From Flaccisagitta enflata (taxonomy: Eukaryota), in assembly GCA_965153355.1 (NCBI GenBank), contig OZ231126.1, forward strand, positions 18,228,001 to 18,292,000: a DNA stretch of 64,000 nucleotides, read 5' to 3'. Positions within the stretch are counted from its first letter, which is position 1. Each line of letters opens with the position of its first letter. The translations under genes and the position numbers were made by a program. Of the stretch, positions 13,018-64,000 are shown one piece after another. The notes below the pieces were generated by a model, which was given only the letters and a program-made list of their open reading frames with translations, was not told where the DNA came from and searched no databases.

Positions 13018-13308
13018 AAATGTAAATGTAAATGTAAATGTAAATGTAAATGTATGACACAGTTTGTATTCTAACTCAGTATGTGCCCATTTGTTTTCGT
13101 ATCGGTAGTCTGTGCAGCTGTGTATGTTTGTAAGTCTGTCTTTCTCTCTGTCTGTCTGTCTGTTTGTCTGTTCGAACGCTCCCCGTTTATTACCTGCGAG
13201 AGCTAATCGATAATTCTCTTATCTTATCTCATCTACGTCGGCTACGCTGTCTATTTATAGCCATTTTATTTAATTCTGCTTCGTCCCTCGGTAAATGCAA
13301 ATACCGAA

Positions 13309-13309
13309 A

Positions 13310-13395
<86 letters not shown>

Positions 13396-13420
13396 CGACG
13401 ACGACGATGATGGATTATCA

Positions 13421-13456
<36 letters not shown>

Positions 13457-13500
13457 ATGGAGGATTATCAATGATGATGATGAGGATGGTGATGATGATA

Positions 13501-13536
<36 letters not shown>

Positions 13537-13655
13537 ATGACGGTGATGATGATGATGATGATGATCATGATCATGATGATCATGATGATAATGAGGATAG
13601 ATGTTGAATTGATGATCATGATGATTATGATGATGATGATGATGAGGATGATGAA

Positions 13656-13718
<63 letters not shown>

Positions 13719-13795
13719 GGATGATGATGATGTTGATTCAAATTGATGATATTGATGATGATGATGATGATGTTGATGGTCAAAGATGATGATGT
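13309..13795. repeat. (ATG)n microsatellite
   Basis: Directly visible, about 120 bp upstream of GPCR exon 1. Confidence 0.95.
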
Positions 13796-13917
13796 CAAAT
13801 AACCACCATCCAGCCACGCATATTATTAATAGGTCATCATCTTAATCCTCAAGTAGTGTCCCCCGTGTTAATTCCTTTCGTGCTTCGTAATCTTTCAGAT
13901 AAAAAAAAGAAATTGAA

Positions 13918-58934
<45,017 letters not shown>

Positions 58935-60995
58935 TTGATTAATATTTTTTTTCTGAAGAGATTATGTTTTTAGTATAAATCATTGATTTATTTGCATCGT
59001 TAGCATTGAGAATCATTTATGCGTATAAAATTGAGAAAAATGAAATAAAATTCGCTCACATTCCATGACTTTTCTTAGGTGAAATTCTTAATCTGTCCCT
59101 TAATGCAAAAATTTGCATTCCTAAAAACATGGCCCTATTCTAAAAACAAAGAAGAAATGGGCTATGTTCTTAGAAATGCAATTTTTTTGCATTTTGGAAG
59201 AGATTAAGAATTTCACGCAAAATGACTTCGCAAATTTGCTGCTTGTGTGCACCGCAACTTTAAAGCGAGTTGCCGAAAAAGGTTTCAATGATCTTTTTAG
59301 GAGGCAACTTTCGCGGCGTTTTTACGGTTCATGTGACAGAAAAATGGGAGTAGAAAATTAAACAAGACCATTTTAACACAAGTAAAAAAATGCGCTGTAA
59401 CAGTGTATCGGCGATATACTGTAACCCCTTTTTGACCTTTTTGACCCTTTTGACTTGGTCAATAACAATGCCAAGTAGGCAAATAGGGTGCGCCATTTGG
59501 ATCGTCAAACGAATGCGTTGCCAACCGACCAACCGACCGACGCGACGGACACAGCCACTTAAAGAAGTGCTTTGGTGCACCTTAAAAAACAAGCCCAACA
59601 GGGTAATAATCGACTGTAGTGGCATGCTCCGTAATACGTTAACACACAGCATAAGACAAAATTACGTATATCATTATATGATTTCAAATTCAATAAGAAA
59701 TGACCTAAAAATACCTAAAGATGACCGAAAACAGTCGCTTGCGGGTAGGATTTTCTACCTTCCCTGGAGTAACGGTTTTGGTTTTACTATCATGGGTGAT
59801 AGGTAGTTGTTGGGAAAATGCCCAAATTTGGTCACTTTGGCCTCAAATTGAGGCCACTTCGTATTTGAAATCGAACCTAAAATCCATGAGCTTATTAAAC
59901 TAGAGCTCAAGAGTTAACCAGTGGTGCAATCCGCATGTTTTTATTTTTATTTGTTTAGATTTGAGAGAGTTTTAAAGATGGGGCTTGAGAGGACTTTTTT
60001 GCAGCATGAAATCTGGGGGTAATTTGGACATTTTTCACTATATTGCAGCTTTGGATAGACCAATCTTTAAAAAATTGGTGACCAAATTGAAGAGTTTTTG
60101 ATGCTCTAACTGATTCTGGAAAAATTTTGGATCGATATGGCCTCAAAAAATTTTTATTAATTCTCAAAGCAGGTAAAAAAATCAAGTTTTAATGTCATTT
60201 AGGTTATTTTTCATTGAAAAATTATGCCACTTCCAAACTGAAAAATGACTTAAAATTCATGAGCAAATCAAACTACAGCTCACGAGCTAATCAGTGGGGC
60301 AATCGGCATCTCAAAACAATTCTGCGTTTAGATTTGACAAAACTTCAAAGTTTAAAGGGTATAATGACAAAAATGATCCTCATACCCCTTCATCTTTGAA
60401 AGACTCTAAAGTCATACAGCAAGGTCCAGAAAAAAACTTTTTTCGGTCACTTTTGTATCAATTTTTCGCATCGAAAAGTCCACTATGAACCAAAAAAACG
60501 GTCGTATATGCTTCTTGGAGCCTCACACCACTCCCACAATAAGAATTGGTCCGCAGTTGGCAGGCCTGAGCTATATAGCATTTTTGTCAACTATACAATA
60601 CCAATACAATACCTCTAAATATTGGGACAATACAATACAATACCAATACAATACAATATCCATTTAAATTGTATACAATACATTATAATGATATACAATA
60701 CATTATAATATCTGAACATGTTCTAAACTTAAATAATAAACTAAGTAAAAAATGATCAAAGATTTAATAGTGTACAATAATTTACAGAAAATTTTTTATT
60801 ATTGATTAACAAACAATACTTAAAACTTAAAAAAAATCTTCATAGCCTGATAAAAGTTTTTTTTCATTTTTTTCTAATTTGTCTTTATCCTTTAACTGTT
60901 GTAGCTTTTTTTATTCATTTCTCTCTTTCCATTTTCCTCTCTCTGTCTCTCTGTCTCTCTGTCTCTCTCTGTCTCTCTGTCTCTCTCTGTCTGTC

Positions 60996-61042
<47 letters not shown>

Positions 61043-62009
61043 TTTTTTATCTCAATTATATTTTCAATCTTCTTTTTCTTCCCCCTCTGTCTCCCTAGGC
61101 CCTAGCCACTGAATCTTACCCTCAAAGATTTTTGTTCCTCTTGATCCTCTTCTTCCTCTTCATCTCTATCTTTAACCAACTCCTACTCTCACCACTTTCC
61201 CTTCCTCCTCTTCTTTATTTCTCCTAAATTCCTACATTCAGTAAATTTTCCTCTTCCTCTTCTTTCATCTCTCACCTTATCGCTTCCTTCGTATCATATT
61301 TGGTCACGTCCTATTCGTTTTTACTGTTTTGTGCGCTTTTGCGAGTTGCATTGCATTCTGCATCGTGATTTGTCATGACGTCGTGTCGCTCGTGATTTGT
61401 CTCGTGATTAGTCCAAGTCGGTGTGATCTGTCTCGTGATTGGTCACCGCTTATTTCTTCGTAGTTTGGTTTCTTTTAAAAGCGTTGTCGCGCCTTGGCTA
61501 ATCAAAGTTTTGTCAAGTCGGACCGTAGGTAATTATCGTCCTCAAGTTATCCCTGAGTTTTATCGTTTGATCCTTAAATTTTGTCGTTAATCCATGAGTC
61601 GCCAATTGGCAATGTAATTAATGGTTTTAATCGTATCTTTTACAGCTTTTGACGTGTCCCTTCATTGTATCATCTTTTATCGTGACAATAAAGTTTGTCA
61701 ATGCATCATGGAATTGGCTATTTTATTCGTATCGTGAAGCCTAGCTATATCTAATACAAGTTTAGCTACGCTGAAATAGTCAAAAGCTACGCCGCAACTT
61801 CCATCAAGTTACGTCATCGAGGGGACCCAGTCAAGTCACCGACGCAAACGAACTTCCATCTACAAGATCCAATCGTCTATCGGTCGGTCCACTCGGCGTT
61901 CGGAACAATCCCGGCCTGGAGTGAAGATTCCCAGTCATGTTCCTCATCCTTCTCCTGCCCGGCGTCTCAGAGTCTATCTTCTTCCTCCTCGTCACTACAA
62001 TTAAGTTAA

Positions 62010-63383
62010 GTGATGCGTAGTAGGGCTGAATGTGCGGCCAAGTTACAAGAATTTGTTAAAGCCCAAGATCGTTTGGATATATTTTTGCGTGGAGAAGAAA
62101 ATCCGGATGACGATTTTAATACTGCCGGAAACCATTTTAATGCCCTCCTTTCTGAACTGCTAACGCACATTGATAAATTTTCGAGGGACAAACAGGCGTT
62201 CATAACCGCGGCCAAGAAGAAAACCTTCGTGCCCCAGCATCGTCGTCGTCTCTCTAGGGCTAGAGATCGTTCAAATTCACGTTCTTCCTCACGTTCTCAA
62301 TCACGCTCAAGTCTCCCCTCAAGCCTCTCCTCAAGTGCCAAGGCGTCATTTGCCTCAACCTCCGACGTTTCAATGGGAGATCCCAACAGCGTGGCGGCGG
62401 CGGCGGCGGCCAAGGCCACGGCCGACGCGGAGGCGGCTGCAGAAGAGCAGAAAGTGGCTCGGCTCCTCCAAATGAAGATAGAGATAGAAGCGGCGCGACG
62501 AAAAGTCGTCAAAGTCAAGCTTGAAACTCAGGAAAAAGAAGCTCAGGTCTTTCAAGCTGCAATCGATGAGGGACTCGCTTCGGGGCTTTCTAAAATGGTT
62601 ACTATTGATGATGATGAAACCCATCCAGTCAATAGTAGTCACCCTCTCGCCAACAGTGGTCTCCCTCTCGCCAACAGTGGTCTCCCTCCCACCAACAGTG
62701 GAACGACTCCCTCTACAGTGAACAATCTTACGAAGTTGCTCGGCAATCAACAACTCAAGAATTCAGTTCCCAAAGACGCCGAGAAGTTTGAATCAGGTTC
62801 AATCCAGTATGCTATTTTCATTGCCAAATATACTTCGGAAGTTATGAACGTCCAAGGGATTACAGATGCAGAAAGGTTCATCGCTCTTCAAGAACGAACC
62901 ACAGGTGAAGCGGGTAAAACTGTTTCGAATTTTGTTTTTGAGTCTGATAAAACTGTTGCCTTCAAAAATGCGTTGGCTGAACTCGAATTTTTCTATGGCA
63001 GTAAACCAGGAAAAGCCGAGGGCTATTTGGACAAGATTCTGAGTGGGAAACAGGTAAGCCCCCTGAGCCCTGATGGTGTAAAACAGTTAATTCAAGAATT
63101 ACAAGAAATGGTTTCATTTGCTAAGGCAGTGAAAGATGCGTCCTTTCTTGAACTGAACGCAACTGTAGTGAGCATCGTCAAGAAGAGATTAAGTTTTAAG
63201 ATGAAAGAGCATTTCTCTCAGGCCTCAATCAAAGCTGAGGCCAGAGGGGAAAAGATTAATACGGATTTCCTTGTTAAGTTCCTTAGAGAATGGTACACGG
63301 ACGCCAACAGACAGTTTGGCCTGGGAAAATTGGTGGAGAGTAAGACCTCTTCATCCGTTTCCTCCTCTTCTTCCATTTCCTGA
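62010..63383 (+). CDS. gag: BEL/Pao-type Gag (DUF1759-like core), 457 aa, truncated
   Basis: KFESGSIQYAIFIAKYTSEVMNVQGITDAERFIALQERTTGEA...ALAELEFFYG is typical of BEL/Pao gag. The frame continues ~57 codons past the TGA; no pol or LTR recognised within the window. Confidence 0.75.
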   Translation: MMRSRAECAAKLQEFVKAQDRLDIFLRGEENPDDDFNTAGNHFNALLSELLTHIDKFSRDKQAFITAAKKKTFVPQHRRRLSRARDRSNSRSSSRSQSRSSLPSSLSSSAKASFASTSDVSMGDPNSVAAAAAAKATADAEAAAEEQKVARLLQMKIEIEAARRKVVKVKLETQEKEAQVFQAAIDEGLASGLSKMVTIDDDETHPVNSSHPLANSGLPLANSGLPPTNSGTTPSTVNNLTKLLGNQQLKNSVPKDAEKFESGSIQYAIFIAKYTSEVMNVQGITDAERFIALQERTTGEAGKTVSNFVFESDKTVAFKNALAELEFFYGSKPGKAEGYLDKILSGKQVSPLSPDGVKQLIQELQEMVSFAKAVKDASFLELNATVVSIVKKRLSFKMKEHFSQASIKAEARGEKINTDFLVKFLREWYTDANRQFGLGKLVESKTSSSVSSSSSIS

Positions 63384-64000
63384 TCTTTCTCCCCTTCCTC
63401 TTCGAGTTTTAACAAAACAGGTGGGACGCGCACTGCTTCGGTTCCCAATTTGGACAAGACGGGTTCGAATCCCAAGGCCGACGTCGCTGCCATGGATGTT
63501 CAAGGCAAGCCTCCTTACGTTCTTCAGGCGCTGCAGCAGCAACAGCCAGTTTGAAGATGTCACGGTGGGGGTAACCAACATTGAGGACTCCCCTCCACTC
63601 AAGGAAAGTAGCAGGTCATGGATAAATTTTCGAATGATCATTTCAGTATTGAGCATATTGTGCATATTGGTTCTGGTTTCATGTGTAACCCACTCTTTTA
63701 AGTCAAAACCAAGTTTGTTTTCTCCATTATCCAGCTCAAGTCAGTTGCTCAGTCAAAATGTTAAGGTTCTCCAAGATGGCAAACAACAATTTGGTATTGA
63801 GAAAACCACTCTTGCCAAGATTAGCCATTTTGATTTCGTCTCCAAGTGGCATTTGGATTGCTGCTGTCATCTTCTATTGGACAAAGAGTATGTGGCATCG
63901 TTGCCATGTCGTTTGAAGAACAAAGGGCAGAACAACTCTGCTCTGCAAGATCCTGTCAAGAACATCGCCGGCATTTGCCATGGTGATGTTGAGAACAAAT

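Noticed and set aside
13164-13817. Poly-Met/Asp/His/Ser ORFs
   Set aside because: Translations of the (ATG)n microsatellite.
63530-64000. Continuation into pol or a membrane-protein gene
   Set aside because: Stops in the frames examined and no recognisable motifs; one hydrophobic stretch is insufficient evidence.

Overview
AT-rich, repeat-dense eukaryotic (invertebrate animal) DNA. One host gene dominates: a 10-exon, + strand rhodopsin-class GPCR of the myosuppressin-receptor/DmsR/srw-like group (ATG 13918 to stop 58934, about 437 aa, all junctions GT-AG and in phase). Its intron 2 holds a nested stack: a DINE-1/HINE-like repeat, then a Transib-like MITE, then a 13.2-kb minus-strand BEL/Pao LTR retrotransposon (915-bp LTRs, AGATT target duplication). 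That element has no tRNA-type primer-binding site. Instead the sequence next to its 5' LTR is complementary to the predicted first 11-12 nt of its own transcript, a Tf1-like self-priming layout. It also has a polyQ-rich Gag and an extra, probably spliced, 3' ORF. Upstream of the GPCR, a ~5-kb segment bounded by ~100-bp inverted repeats carries an intronless 428-aa ORF whose motifs resemble a very divergent Tpt1/KptA (RNA 2'-phosphotransferase / ADP-ribosyltransferase fold). Also present: a decayed intron-containing hAT-related transposase, a second BEL/Pao-type gag at the right end, many TA- or 8-bp-TSD MITEs and foldbacks, HINE-like elements with expanded tandem arrays, and long microsatellites. 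All family assignments are by eye, without database searches.
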